From positions 1 through 26,593 of the IMG/VR virus record IMGVR_UViG_3300030372_000761: DNA of 26,593 nucleotides; one strand, written 5' to 3'. A program made the position numbers and the translations under genes. This DNA is from a virus (lineage: Duplodnaviria > Caudoviricetes). Under the pieces are notes generated by a model that had not been told where the DNA came from, did not search any database, and saw only the letters and a list, made by a program, of their open reading frames with translations. This document shows positions 25,645 to 26,593 of the stretch, one piece after another (position 1 is the first letter of the stretch; each line of letters begins with the position of its first letter).

Positions 25645-26593
25645 TAATATGTAATATTGCCCACTATAGTTAGTCATTAGCTTATTTAAAGCTGTATATC
25701 TAACAGCATCAATAATATGGTCTTGTTGGTTAGTAGCAGGTTTATTTACTATGTGTCCATTCTTATCAGTAAGCCATTTGTAATATTTAAACTCGTTTAA
25801 TGCATTGGTACTACTTTTAGTTATATGTAGCTTAAAACGCCTTAAAATGTCTATTCCCATGTTTATAGAATCTGCTCCTTTCTTAGCTCCTTTAATATTA
25901 AATCCTAATCTATGTAATTCTTCTATTGATTTAGGCTCAGCAGAATCTGCAATTATTTCTGTCTGTCTTGTAATATTTAGTTCCCTTAGCTTTTCTGCTA
26001 TATCTTGGTTTGTTAATCCTTTACTATATATTAGTTCGTTAATATACAAATCATCATTTAATTTATATACCTCTGCTATTGCTGTGGGGTCATTAGAATA
26101 TCCAAAGTCCATACCTAATGCAATTAACTTTGCTTCTGTAGGCACATTATTAGCTATCTCAAATTGTCTAAAGATAGTTTCTGTAGGTTGTGCCATATCT
26201 CCTAATCCGTATATCTTCCAATAGTTACTATCTAACTCCCTAAGCCTTTCTATCTCCTTTATTGTTTCATCAGGTAAAAAAGGATTATCTAAATAAGTAG
26301 ATTTAATAAATGTACAGTCCTCTCTATTCATTACATTATCATATATCCAGGAATAAGGATCACTAGGATTAAAGTCTAAATAGATATTCTCAGTTGTTCT
26401 TAGGCTTAACTGTACCCAATCTTCAAAGCTAAACTCATTAGCTTCATTCAGCCATAGTATATGTCTTTTTCTTCCTCTTATTTTCTGAGGCATATCAACA
26501 CTAATAAACTCTATTTCATTCTTATTTAGTTTATAAGTAAGTTCTGATTTATTATGATTGTTTGGATTGTATAGATTATGTTCTTCTAAGATG
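25642..26593 (-). CDS. terL: Terminase large subunit, PBSX family (5' part outside the window)
   Basis: Walker B region ILWLNEANE, DFNP, STYLDNPFL, GMDFGYSNDPTA, ADSAEPKSI and DHIIDAVRY. The frame stays open upstream of 26493 to the window edge. Confidence 0.95.
   Translation of the reverse strand, partial: ILEEHNLYNPNNHNKSELTYKLNKNEIEFISVDMPQKIRGRKRHILWLNEANEFSFEDWVQLSLRTTENIYLDFNPSDPYSWIYDNVMNREDCTFIKSTYLDNPFLPDETIKEIERLRELDSNYWKIYGLGDMAQPTETIFRQFEIANNVPTEAKLIALGMDFGYSNDPTAIAEVYKLNDDLYINELIYSKGLTNQDIAEKLRELNITRQTEIIADSAEPKSIEELHRLGFNIKGAKKGADSINMGIDILRRFKLHITKSSTNALNEFKYYKWLTDKNGHIVNKPATNQQDHIIDAVRYTALNKLMTNYSGQYYIL

Noticed and set aside
5406-26224. Other plus-strand ORFs (5406, 7047, 9621, 11249, 12965, 14325, 16063, 22309, 23908, 24600, 25805)
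   Set aside because: All lie antisense to well-supported minus-strand genes or regulatory sites and have no recognisable motifs.
1-26593. tRNA, integrase/att site, DGR, or alternative genetic code
   Set aside because: No cloverleaf, recombinase or reverse transcriptase motifs were seen. Genes tile densely under the standard code, and TAA, TAG and TGA are all used as stops.

Overview
AT-rich segment of a tailed dsDNA phage (siphovirus-like). The host is most likely Bacteroidota (Flavobacteriia-like): exported proteins follow the Gln-after-signal-peptide rule, one has a T9SS-like C-terminal tail, and a TAnnTTTG promoter element is present. All credible genes are on the minus strand. In transcription order (high to low coordinates) they are: terminase large subunit (5' end outside the window), putative tail assembly chaperone with a -1 frameshift, tail completion/neck, two tail-tip proteins, tape measure, prohead protease, scaffold, major capsid, tail tube, portal with extra domains, and head-tail adaptor. 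Next comes an unusual five-gene cell-envelope module (beta-barrel-like protein, LDLa-motif protein with a T9SS-like tail, small holin-like protein, TM/coiled-coil protein, CXXC-less exported thioredoxin). It is followed by an M15 endolysin, 3TM holin and metallophosphoesterase, then an early region with HTH proteins, a putative SSB, a replication initiator containing 23-bp iteron-like repeats, VRR-NUC and an ECF-like sigma factor. A four-copy bipartite late-promoter motif and a two-copy palindrome-plus-promoter architecture are visible. No integrase, polymerase, tRNA or CRISPR array was seen. All product calls come from motif recognition by eye, with no database searches.
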